23,428 nt of DNA from Chiloscyllium plagiosum. Taxonomy: Eukaryota. The notes under the pieces were generated by a model. The model had not been told where the DNA came from, did no database searches, and saw only the letters and a program-made list of their open reading frames with translations. The position numbers and the translations under genes were made by a program. Below, in pieces: positions 10,130 to 20,740 of this stretch. Within the stretch, counting starts at the first letter, position 1, and every line of letters begins with the position of its first letter. Location: assembly GCF_004010195.1 (NCBI RefSeq), contig NC_057719.1, positions 39,241,335 to 39,264,762 of the forward strand, read 5' to 3'.

Positions 10130-10803
10130 AGGATTGCATAGCTTTTTAGCCAGAGGGCAGGAAGGGTTAGTGGTTATGGAGGGTGTGGTGAGTGAGAGCT
10201 ATTGAGTGGAGATGTTGCATGTCACAGTGACATTGGTAGTCCATGAGCATTAGTGAGTTTTTGTGAGAGTTGGAGGTAGCAGGAAGAAGATAGTGGCACT
10301 TATTAATCACTTTCCTGCTCTGCTGTAAATTCCACATGATCCTGGAGACCGCACTGACTCAGGCTGTACTCTGTATCCACGCTAATTGTGTCTGCTGCCT
10401 TGGTCTCCTCTGGTGGTCCACCTTGGCATTCTTCTCAACCTCCCCATCCATCAGTGCTTCCAGGTTCCTAAATGGAAAGTGGGCTGGTAGATTCCCTTTC
10501 TGAGGCATCTTGGTATCCTACAAGGTCAGTAAGTGAGAGTATTCCCGGTCTGCAGCACCCACAGTGACATGCAGTTGGGTTTTAAATATGCCACTTGTGG
10601 CTTCCTCACTGAAAGGTCCCAGCAGCAGTGGGAATTTCACCTCTCCTGCTGCACAATTGTATGAAGATTGGCCAAAAAGCCAACTGCATAATTAATGTGG
10701 GGAAGATGTGAAGATAGTGTGAGAAACTTTTCCGTGAGCCATAAGGGAAAACCCACCATGAAATTTCCTGAAAAAACAGCCAAGAAAGGGGAAAACCCAG
10801 TCC
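10130..10803 (-). mobile_element. Degenerate PIF/Harbinger-type DNA transposon remnant
   Basis: Contains a Myb/SANT-like pseudo-ORF (10508-10299) and ends in GAAAACCCAGTCC (10791-10803), which resembles a GGGC-starting Harbinger TIR. Left boundary uncertain. Confidence 0.5.
10299..10508 (-). pseudogene. Myb/SANT-like (trihelix) DNA-binding domain pseudo-ORF
   Basis: MPQKGNLPAHFPFRNLEALMDGEVEKNAKVDHQRRPRQQTQLAWIQSTA*VSAVSRIMWNLQQSRKVINK fits the F...LEAL...AW..IA..VSAVS...R..QQCRKK.N pattern, with one in-frame TGA. Confidence 0.6.
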
Positions 10804-12496
10804 TATATTTTTGTGGAGTAAATTACAGCAATAATCATATAATCAGCACAATCAAATTATATCAGTTGAAGACATGTCCTGTATTAACAGAAACTGTCAT
10901 CGATCCTTATCGTAATCCAGTTGTTTTACAAGTATCTGAAATGAAGCAAATTCAGATTTGGACAAAGCAATGAGCATACCTCATAGAGCACCTCAATGAT
11001 AAATATTTATGCACAATGCATTTTGCTCATCTATTACTTTGTTTGATTCTACTTTCTCTGATTTCATCAGACTACTCAGTGTGCATCTACCAAAATAGTT
11101 TAAAATTAACCATCTTAAAATTAAAATTTAAAACATCCCTGGACCTGTCCTATTAACACTTCTACTCGTTTCTCAAATGATTTCAGCGTTTTCATCTTCA
11201 CCACCTATTTGCAAGTTCAGGCTGAGAGTTGCTTGCTTTCCAGGTGGAAAACCTGCTGATATCAATTTTAAAGTTACAATTAATTTGTTTGGACCTGTGG
11301 TCTCTTGTTCTGCATCCACTGCTGAATTTAAAATCAAATTCCAGATGAATTTTTCCAGTACCATTTGCTGTTTTATATTTACCTGTAGCTTACATCTGGT
11401 CTGCTTCCTTTCCGGGCTGAAAGGCTCATATCTTTCCAATCTTTCTTTCTGAGACTCTTGGCAGCTTGTAATCCTTGTAATCTGTCCAGCACTTGAACGC
11501 CAACACTTTTCTCTTAGATGTAGGCACAATATTAAAGGTTTAGTTCCAACTAGAGCATTTAGGAGCCTATAACTTCCCATAACTTGTGACCTACTTTCTT
11601 TGTTAAAGTACTCTTTATTGACGTTACTGACTATTGACATTATACAGCCTGCGAACCCCTTTATATGGTCAGCAAAAACAATGTGCTCACCACAAACCAG
11701 ATGTGCACCACCAACCATATTAACAACAAAGAATAACACAGCACAGGAACAGGCCCTTCGGCCCACCAAGCCATTGCCAATTCCTAGTCCTTACTTAGAC
11801 CCACAACTTACTGCCTTACATGATTTCTATCCCTCCGTTCAGTTCCGTTCGTGTGTCTAAGATACGCCTTTAACATTGCTAATGTGCCCATTTCCACCAC
11901 CTCCACTGGCAGTTTGTTCCAGGCAAACACCACCTTCCCATTTCCCTGCATTTCTCCCCTAAGATTGTCCCCTCTCACCTTAGACCTGTGCCTCTTGTAG
12001 TTGACTTTCTACCCTGGGAAAAAGCCTCTGATATACATCCTATCTATGCCTCTCATAACTTTGTAGACCTCTATCTACTCGACCTTCAGCCTCTGTCTTT
12101 CCAGTGAAAATAATCTGAGTTTATCCAATCATTCCTCATACCTAAAACGCTCTAAACCAGGCAACACCCTGGTAAAACTTCTCTGCATTCTTTTCAAAGC
12201 ATCCACATCCTTCTAGTAGCGTGGCAACCAAAATGGTACACAATATCCCAAACGTGGCCTAACTAAAGTTTTATTTAGCTGCACCATATCTTGCTAACTT
12301 TTATATTCAATTCCTGGCCAATGAAGGCAAGCATGCTGTGTGCCGCCTTGACTACCTTATCAATCTGTGTTGCCATTTTCAGGGATTTGTGGACCTGTAT
12401 GCCCAGATCCCTCTGCATGTCAATTCACCAAAGGTTCTGTCATTTATGGTATAATTCACACCTGAATTTAATCTTCCAAAACGCATCACTTGCATT

Positions 12497-12809
12497 TTTT
12501 TTAGATTACATTAAAGTATGGAAACAGGCCCTTTGGCCCAACAAGTCCACACCGACCCGCTGAAGCGCAACCCACCCTACATTTACCCCTATACCCAACA
12601 CTACGGGCAATTTAGCATGGCCAATTCACCTGACCTGCACATCTTTGCTGTGGGAGGAAACCAGAGCACCTGGAGGAAACCCACGCAGACACGGGGAGAA
12701 TGTGCAAACTCCACACAGTCAGTCGCCTGAGGCGGGAATTGAACCCGGGTCTCTGGCGCTGTGAGGCAACAGTGCTAACCACTGTGCCACCGTGCTGCCC
12801 ACCGTGCTG
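12497..12809 (-). mobile_element. HE1-type V-SINE (tRNA-derived), near full length
   Basis: Minus strand has A box TGGCACAGTGG, B box GGTTCAATTCC, the V-domain GTCTGCGTGGGTTTCCTCCAGGTGCTCTGGTTTCCTCCCACAG and a CR1-like 3' tail GGGCCAAAGGGCCTGTTTCCA. Confidence 0.9.
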
Positions 12810-13073
12810 TCCAGATTAAACTCCATCTGCCATTTCTCTGCCTAAAATCTGCAAAGTATCTGTACCTCGCTGTATCCTTTGACAATTCTTTTCACCATCT
12901 GAACTCCACCAATGTTTGGTGCAGTGCTAACCACTGTGCCACCGTGCTGCCCACCGTGCTGTCCAGATTAAACTCCATCTGCCATTTCTCTGCCTAAAAT
13001 CTGCAAGGTATCTGTACCTCGCTGTATCCTTTGACAATTCTTCTCACCATCTGAACTCCACCAATGTTTGGTG
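12770..13073. repeat. 152-bp direct tandem duplication
   Basis: 12770-12921 and 12922-13073 are identical at 150/152. Confidence 0.95.
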
Positions 13074-13824
13074 TTATCCACAAACTTACTACCTACATTT
13101 TTTACCAGATCATTTGTATATATTACAAACAACAAAGGTCCAGCACTGATCCATGTGGAATACCACATTTCCATTCCAAAAAGCATCTTTCCACCACTAC
13201 TATTTGTCTTTTATGACTAACACAATTCTGTATCCATCTAGCCAGCACACCCTGAATCCCATGAGAGTCTACCTTCTACACCAGCCTGTAATTAAGTACC
13301 TTATCAAATGCCTTACTGAAGTACATGGAGACAACATCCCTCATCAATCATTCTTGTCACCTCCTCAAAAAACTCAATCAAGTTGGTGAGACATGACCTT
13401 CCCTGCACAAACCCATGCTGGCTATCACTAACAAGTCCATCCATGTCCAAATGCAAATAAATCCTAATTTTCAGTATCTTCCCTACAACTGACATCAGGC
13501 TTACTGGTCTGTAATTACCTGGATTATCTCTGTTTTCCCTTCTTAAACAAAGGAACAACATTGGTCACTCTCCAGTCCTCTGGAACCCTACCTGAGGGCA
13601 AAGAGGATGCAAAGATATTTGTTAAGGCCCAGCTATTTCCTCCCTTGCCTCCCACAGTATCCTTTGATAGATCCTGTCTGATCCTGGGGTCTAATCTACT
13701 TTAATGCATTTCAAGATACCCAACATTTCCTTCTTCAATATGTTGACCTGCCCAAGAGTATTCACACACCTTTCCCTAACCTCAACATCCCTCATGACCC
13801 TCTCTTTGATGAATATTAAATACA

Positions 13825-13890
13825 GCTCACCCATCTAGCTGTACATCCCCTGGACTATATGGGGCAATTCAGCATGGCTAATCCACCTAA
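13825..13890 (-). repeat. 66-bp internal SINE segment matching 15589-15654
   Basis: 65/66 identical to 15589-15654; embedded in CR1 copy C with no SINE head or tail. Confidence 0.9.
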
Positions 13891-14510
13891 GTGCTCTTCA
13901 CATAATCTCCCTACTTTATCCTTATGTGGGCCTACATTTTCCAGAGCTTCCTTCTTGTTCCTTATATATGAATAAAATGTCTTGGGATTCTCCTTAGCTC
14001 TGCTAACTCAGACATTTCATGGCCCCTTTTAATCCTCCTAACCCTCTGTTTGAGCTCCTTCTACTTTTTCTATATTTTTCAAGGACTTCCTTTTCTGTTT
14101 GCCTAGACCTCAGGTATGCTTGCTTTCTCTTTGACGAAGCTGATAATTTCCCCTGTCATCCATGGTTCCCGAAACTGGTCATCCCTGTCTTTCATTTTCA
14201 CAGGAGCATGCCTGCCCTACAGCCCAAACAACTGGTCTTTAAAAGACTCCGACATATCAGATGTGGATTTACCCTCCATCTCCCAATCCACATTCTCCAA
14301 TTCTTGCATAATTCAGTTACAATTGGCCTTCCCCCAGTTTAACACATTTGTTGGAGGTCCACTCTTGACCTTATCCATAAGTATCTGAAAACTTGTGGAA
14401 TTATGATCACCATTCCTAAAATGCTTCCCCACTGAAACTTTGATCACCTGTTTGGGTTTATTTCCCAATACCAGGTCCAGTATGGCCTCCTCTGTGATTG
14501 GACTGTCCGC

Positions 14511-14742
14511 CCTGTATATACCATGACTAATCCAACCAGCCTGTACATCCCTGAAGTCTATGAGCAATTTAACATAGCCAGTCAACTAACCTGCATATTT
14601 TTGGACTATAGGATTAACCCAGAGCACCCATGCAGGCACAAGGAGATGTGTAAACTCCACACAGGCATCTGAGACTGCAATTGAATCCTGGTCCATGGCA
14701 CTGTGAGACAGCAGTGCTAACCACTGAGTCACCATGCTGCCC
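14511..14742 (-). mobile_element. HE1-type V-SINE, decayed, lacking its 3' tail
   Basis: Minus strand starts GGGCAGCATGGTGACTCAGTGGTTAGCACTGCTG...GGATTCAATTGC; colinear with 12497-12809. Confidence 0.85.
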
Positions 14743-14744
14743 TG

Positions 14745-15389
14745 ACACAAACAGTTGCAGAAAATAATAAAGAAAGCTAATGGAATGCTGACCTTTATGG
14801 CGAGAGAGCTGGATGTTATGCTGCAAGTATACTGTGGTTAGACCTCACTTCAAGCACTGTGAACAGATCTGGTCACCACATCTCAGGAAGGATATATTGG
14901 CCTTGGAGGGAGTACAACGTGGCTTTACAAGAAAAATCTTGGAATTCAGGTGTTAAGTTATGAGGAGAGATTATACAAATTAGAACCTCAGAAGGTTTCT
15001 TCAGAATTTACAAGGTTTAGATGGGTCCTGATCAAAGTCTTTGACATATTAAAAACTAAATAAACATATACTACTTTAACTTGTTGGAGATTCTCCAACT
15101 AGAGGGATAGCATGAGAATTGGGGCCAGACCGTTCAGGACAGATGTTACGAAGCTCTTTTGCCCACAAAGGGTGGTAGATGTTTGGTATTCTCTTCCAAA
15201 ACTGCAGTGGATGCCAGATTAATTATTAATTTTAAAACTGAGACAGACGTATTTTTGTTAAACAAAAGATATTAAGTAATGTGGGCCGAAGGCATGTACA
15301 TGGAATTAGGCTACAGATCAGTCATGAACTCATTGAATGGTGGATCAGGCTTGAGAGGCTGAATGGCGTATCCTGTTCCTATATTCCTA
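14745..15389 (+). mobile_element. CR1 LINE 3' fragment (copy E)
   Basis: Colinear with the 3' part of ORF2 (AAGAAAGCTAATGGAATGCTG, KKANGML; GTTAGACCTCAC; AGTTATGAGGAGAGATTA, SYEERL; ACTAGAGGG). Ends GGCTGAATGGCGTATCCTGTTCCTATATTCCTA. Confidence 0.8.
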
Positions 15390-15476
15390 AATGAATTCAA
15401 AGGACACAGTAATGCTTGGCTGCAGATTAAAAAACATGACATTCCACTCAAACCTTCTCCCAAACTTACTCACCAA

Positions 15477-15800
15477 AATCTAGAATCAGAATCCCTACAT
15501 TGTGGAAAGAGGCCATCAAGTCTCCATCGATCCTCCAAAGAGCATCCCACCCAAACCCCTCTATCCCTGTAACCTCACATTTCCCCTGGCTCACCCATCT
15601 AGCTGTACATCCCCTGGACTACATGGGGCAATTCAGCATGGCTAATCCACCTAACCTGCATATCTTTGGACTGTGGGAAGGAATCAGAGCACCCAGCCAA
15701 GACACAGATACAGGGAGAATGTGCAGACTCCACACAGATGCTCAAGGCTGGAACTGATGCTGTGAGGCAGCAGTCCGAACTACTGAAGCATTGTGCTATC
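15477..15800 (-). mobile_element. HE1-type V-SINE, decayed
   Basis: Colinear with 12497-12809 (GGGCAATTCAGCATGGCTAATCCACCTAACCTGCA, GGGAGAATGTGCAGACTCCACACAG). Short ATTCT-type tail at 15477-15493. Confidence 0.85.
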
Positions 15801-16174
15801 TCCTGTACTTGTATTAAGATTTTTTTTGACATTGCACAACTACATCCCAGGTATTAACTCTCTGAAGTAAAACAACTACCATGTTATTTTTGGCCATTTC
15901 CTAATAACAGCCATTGCCCTCTAAACAGCTTGCACTAAATGAACTGAACTTTTCCAAAGTTTAACATGTCATGTGACATTTCCAACACTAATTCCCAAAG
16001 AAAATGAATGTTCCAATGTTGGGACAATTGATGCAAATAAGAAAACATTATTTTACTGGCTGAGTAGTTCCATTTCTCCTTTACTGTTTGCATTACCATC
16101 TACTTGTATAATATCCAATCTGACTATTACAGTAACTTTAGGGTCCAGTAGAAATCACTAGAATATCAAGAAAA

Positions 16175-16370
16175 AAGTACAGAAAATAAGTCAAAAGACA
16201 AATGGAAATCTGGTCTTTACATCTCGGGGAATAGAATATAAGAGCTCAGAGATCACGTGTCAATGATATAAAATTCAGATTAGACCATACCTGGAGTAGG
16301 GATTATGCTGAATACTACATCCTAGGGAGGATAGAGTAACATTTGAGGTGGTGCATCCTATAATTACTAG
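16175..16370 (+). mobile_element. Very old CR1 3' fragment (copy F, left part)
   Basis: CGGGGAATAGAATATAAGAGC (RGIEYKS), ATTAGACCATACCTGGAGTA (IRP.LE) and TTACTAGA (.TR) motifs. Confidence 0.6.
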
Positions 16371-18700
16371 AATTTTCTGATTCAGTATGTGGATGTACCT
16401 ACGAGAGAAGGTGCAAAATTTGACTTACTCTTGGGAAATAAGGCAGGGAAGGTGACTGAGGTGTCAGTAGGGGAGCACTTTGGGGCCAGCGACCAGAATT
16501 CTATTAGTTTTAAAATAGTTTTGGAAAAGGATAGCCTGGATCTAAAAATTGAAGCGCTAAATTGGAGGAAGGCTAATTTCGATGGTATTCGGAAAGAACT
16601 TTCAAAAGCCGATTGGGAGCAGATGTTCACAGGTAAAGGGATGGCTGGAAAATGGGAAAACGAAAGTCCAGAAACAGTATATACCTGTTAGGGAAAAGGA
16701 ACAGCTGCTAGGTCAAGGGAATGCTGGATGACTAGAGAAATTAAGGATTTGGTTAAGAAAAAGGAAGCATACATCAGGTATAGACAGGATAGATCGAATG
16801 AATCCTTAGAAGAGTATAAAGGCAGTAGGAGTATACTTAAGAGGGAAATCAGGAGGGCAAAATGGGGACATGAGATAGCTTTGGCAAATAGGGTTATGGA
16901 GAATCCAAAGGGATTTTCTAAACACATTAAGGACAAAAGGGTAAATAGGGAGAGAATAGTGCCCCTCAAAAAGCTGCAGGAGATGGGGTAGATATTATTA
17001 AACGAATATTTTTCATCAGTGTTTACTGTGGAGAAGGACATGGAAGATATAGTATGTAGGGAAATGGATGGTGGCATCTTGAAAAATGTTCATATTACGG
17101 AGGAAGTTCTGGATGTCTTGAAATGCATAAAGGTGGATAAATCACCATTACCTCATCAGGTGTGCCCTGGAACTCTGTGGGAAGCTAGGGATGTGATTGC
17201 TGGGCCCCTTGCTGAGATATTTGTATCAAGGGTAGTCACAGGTGAAGTGCCAGAAGACTGAAGGTTGGCTAACTTGGTGCCACTATTTAAGAAGGGTGGT
17301 AAGGACAAGCCAAAGATCTATAGACCGGTGAGCCTGACATCAGTGGTGGGCAAATTGTTGGAGAGAATCTGGAGGGACAGGATTTACATGTTTTTGGAAA
17401 GGCAAGGACTGATTAGAGACAGTCAGCATGGCTTTGTGCATGGGAAATCATGTCTCACAAACTTGAGTAAGTTTTTTGAAGAAGTAACAAAGAGCAATGC
17501 TGAGGGCAGAGCAATGGACGTGATCTATATGGACTTCAGTAAGGCATTTAACAAGGTTCCTCATGGTAGACTGGTTAGCAAAGTTAGATCTCATGGAACA
17601 CAGGGAGAACTAGCCATTTGAATACAGAACTGGCTCAAAGGTAGAAGATAGAGGGTGGTGGTGGAAGGTTGCTTTTCAGACTGCAGGCCTGTGACCAGTG
17701 GTATGCCACAAGGATCGGTGCTGGGTCCTGCTTTTTGTCATTTATATAAATGATTTGGATGTGACCATAGGGGGTATAGTCAATAAGTTTGCAGATGACA
17801 CCACAATTGGACATGTAGTGGACAGCGAAGAATGTTACCTTAGAATACAATGGGATCTTGATCAGATGGGCCAATGGGCTAAGGAGTGGCAGATGGAGTT
17901 TAATTTAGATAAATATGAGGTACTGCACTTTGGAAAAGCAAATCAGAGCAGGACTTATACACTTAATGGTGAGGTCCTGGAGAGTATTGCTGAACAGAGA
18001 CCTTGGAGTCCAGGTTCATAGTTCCTTGAAAGTGGAGTCACAGGTAGATAGGATAGTGAAGAAGGTGTTTGGAATGCTTTCCTTTATTGATCAGAGCATT
18101 GAGTATAGGAGTTGGGAGGTCATGTTGCAGCTATACAGGATATTAGTTAGGCCACTTTTGGAATATTGCGTGCAATTATGGTCTCCTTCCTATCAGAAGA
18201 CTGTTGTGAAACTTGAAAGGGTGAAGAAAAGATTTACAAGGATGTTGCCAGAGCTAGAGGATTTGAGCCAAAGGGAGAGGCTGAATATGCAGGGGCTATT
18301 CACCCTGAAGGATCAGGGTGACCTTATAGAGATTTATTTATAAAATCATAAGGGGCATGGTTAGGGTAAATAGACAAGGCCTTTTCCCTGTGATGGTGGA
18401 GTCCAGAACTAGAGGGCATAGATTTAGGATGAGAGGGGAAAAATTTAAAAGGGATCTAATTGTCAACTTGTTCACACAGAAGGTGGTGCGTGTATGGAAT
18501 GAACTGTCGGAGGAAGTGGTGGAGGCTGGTATAATTACAGCATTTAAAAGGCATCTGGATAGGCACATAAAAACGGATGGTTCAGAGGGATATGGGCTAT
18601 GGGCTGGCAAATGGGACTAGATTAGGTTAGGATATCTGGTTGGCATGGACAAGTTGGACTGAAGAGTCTGTTTCCATGCTGCACATCTCTATGACTCTAC
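16370..18700 (+). mobile_element. CR1/HER1-type LINE (copy D), 5'-truncated, multiple stops and frameshifts
   Basis: ORFs 16389-18620 give EN (FDLLLGN, SDQN), RT (YRPVSLTSVVGK, YMDFSKAFNKVPH, KFADDT) and the C-terminus (RTRGHRF, FTQKVVRVWNEL). Tail ...CTGTTTCCATGCTGCACATCTCTATGACTCTA. Confidence 0.95.
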
Positions 18701-18870
18701 TTAATTGAAATTATTCAAGAAATTAAGAAGAATAGGTAAAATGAATTGGGAGAAAACATTTGTTCATTGAGAGACCATGACTAGGGGGCATAGTTTACAA
18801 ATTAGAGTCAGACATTTGATAGCTGCAATTAGGAAACAACTATCCAAACAAGAGGTAATTGAAAACTTGA
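18701..18870 (+). mobile_element. Very old CR1 3' fragment (copy F, right part)
   Basis: TTAATTGAA (LIE)...ACTAGGGGGCATAGTTTACAAATTAGA (TRGHSLQIR) continues the fragment at 16175-16370. Confidence 0.6.
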
Positions 18871-19200
18871 GTTTAACCTTTTATTTCTGCTTAAACCAGA
18901 TGAGACTCAAGTTTCTTTGTTTAAAAAAGTTTATTCATATTTGCATGGGAGATCTAAATATCCAAAAATGACTTAGAGCTCATATCTCTATTGATAGAAC
19001 AAAGATTTTACACATAACAAGTTGCCAATCAAATATCCCTACACATAATAATTTCCAAAAGGATACACATTTACTCACCCTAACTCCACCAATCATATTT
19101 GAATAGTTCACATTTCAAGTTATTATACATAACTATAATCATCCAATCACATTAAAACTAATACACATGACAATATTATTCAATCATACTCAAACTTCAA

Positions 19201-19553
19201 CGGGGGCAGTGATGACTTAATGGTATCATTACTGTACTATTAATCTAGAGACCCAGGTAATGCTCTGGGGATCTGGGTTCAAATCCCACCATAGCACATG
19301 GTAGAATATGAATTCAATAAGAAAACTCTGGAATTAACAGTCTAATGAATATTGTACATGTACCATTGTACATTGTTGGGGAAAAAACCCATCTGGTTTG
19401 CTAATGTCCTTTAGGGGCGTAAATCTGCCATCCTTACCTCACCTGGCCTATATGTGACTCCAGACCATGGCAATGTGTTTGACTCTTAACAATTAGGGAT
19501 GGGTAATAAATACTAGCCAGCCAGCGTTGCCCACATCTCATGAATGAATTTTT
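19201..19553 (+). mobile_element. SacSINE1-like (DeuSINE) tRNA-derived SINE
   Basis: B box GGTTCAAATCCC; core AAAACCCATCTGGTTTGCTAATGTCCTTTAGG...TGGCCTATATGTGACTCCAGACC; tail AATTAGGGATGGGTAATAAAT...GCCCACATCTCATGAATGAAT. Family name is from recall. Confidence 0.75.
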
Positions 19554-19704
19554 AAAATGATATTATTACCCAGTCATATCATTTCATGGCCACATCTCCA
19601 ACTGTTAGTAAATACTCTGTAATTATAGAAGACCTATATTATTTATTATTCCACCGACCAGTCCCTCCTGTTGCCTATACTGTCTATTTTTCCCTTTCGG
19701 TAAT

Positions 19705-19868
19705 GTATAGGAACATAGGATTTCAGAGGAGGAGTAGGCCCTTTATTCCTTCAAGCCTATTTGGCTTTTTCAATAAAATTATGGCCAATCTAATTGCAGT
19801 CTCAACTCTTTCCTGTTTGCCTGCCCACCCACCTTAATCCTAGGCTACTTTGTCTATCAGCAATCTAT
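19705..19868 (-). mobile_element. CR1 3'-terminal fragment
   Basis: ATAGGAACATAGG...GGAGTAGGCC...CCTTCAAGCCT matches the 3' ends of copies A and B. Confidence 0.6.
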
Positions 19869-20090
19869 ACAGAAATAAGATAGAAATTTGGAACACTCTT
19901 TAGCAAATGGCAATTGATGCTAGACCAGTTGTTAACATTAAAGTTGTGATTGAAAGCCAGTATTAGTAAGGGATAAATAGCAAGGGCAATATATACAATT
20001 CAATCACAGATCAGCCATTTAGTTTAATTTAATCTAATTTAATGGCAGAACATGCTTGAATGGTTAAATGGTCTCCTGTCCCTTTGTACC
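19869..20090 (+). mobile_element. CR1 3'-terminal fragment
   Basis: TTTGGAACACTCTT...GATGCTAGA...CACAGATCAGCCAT...AATGGCAGAACATGCTTGAATGGTTAAATGG..TCCTGTCCCT is colinear with 15180-15389. Confidence 0.6.
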
Positions 20091-20740
20091 AAATGGAAAA
20101 TATGCACATAAAAAACAAATATTGATATTTAGCATGAAGTACATTTTTAACTGAAGACTAATAGTTCTACACGTTCTTACAGTTACCGATTCACAGGAAA
20201 TGTTATAATTTACCAAATATGAATCAATATCACATCAATGAATTGCAATTAAAATTTTCGTGAAGGCTTCAGAGCTCTGACAAATATGTCATATTTACTG
20301 GATCTGATCATTGCCTGTAAAATCACAACATTGTTAAGCTTTCTCCCCTAGTCATTGCGCCTTCTGGTAAAGACATTTTGTTGCTGTCCTTTGATTCAAG
20401 CGATTTTTAACGTGGATATGTCTTTTTGCAGCAACTATACTTTTATCAAAATACACTTCGTGCTCTCATGACTTGAAAATGTCCAAAGGGTCACAACCTG
20501 TGATAGCTAGTTCAATAATCAAATATTCTCACAGAAACTTGACGTCAATCATGACGGACATTTGAAAAGATAGAAAGGTGATGAATTAGTGTCTAAAGTA
20601 TAAACTGAAATATTTGCACTTTCTGGTGTAAATGTCATCATTCAGTTAACAACGTAAGGGTCAATCCAACTGACAAGTAAATGTGCAGCTCATTCAAAAC
20701 TGCTGTCAATCAATACTTATTATTCTCACTGGTTCTCTGA

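Larger units (their letters stand above)
11722..14508 (-). mobile_element. CR1-clade LINE (copy C), decayed, interrupted by a SINE, a duplication and a 66-bp insert
   Basis: 3' end GGGCCGAAGGGCCTGTTCCTGTGCTG on the minus strand at 11722-11765. RT remnants DNPGNYRPVSLMSVVGK and SQHGFVQGRSCLTNLIEFFEEVT (ORF 13313-13561). EN remnant EEAILDLVLGN...GDHNS (ORF 14313-14585). Confidence 0.9.

Noticed and set aside
11173..11769. 198-aa minus ORF
   Set aside because: Begins inside the CR1 3' tail and shows no recognisable homology; probably a chance open frame.
12725..12800. tRNA gene (A and B boxes; also at about 19205-19290 and 22222-22290)
   Set aside because: These are SINE heads continuing into SINE bodies, with no complete cloverleaf evident.
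20249..20314. Alternative last exon AMIRSSKYDIFVRALKPSRKF* after acceptor gattttacAG (minus strand)
   Set aside because: With the main phase-2 donor it stops after two codons, and it has no family similarity. It would need RNA-seq support.
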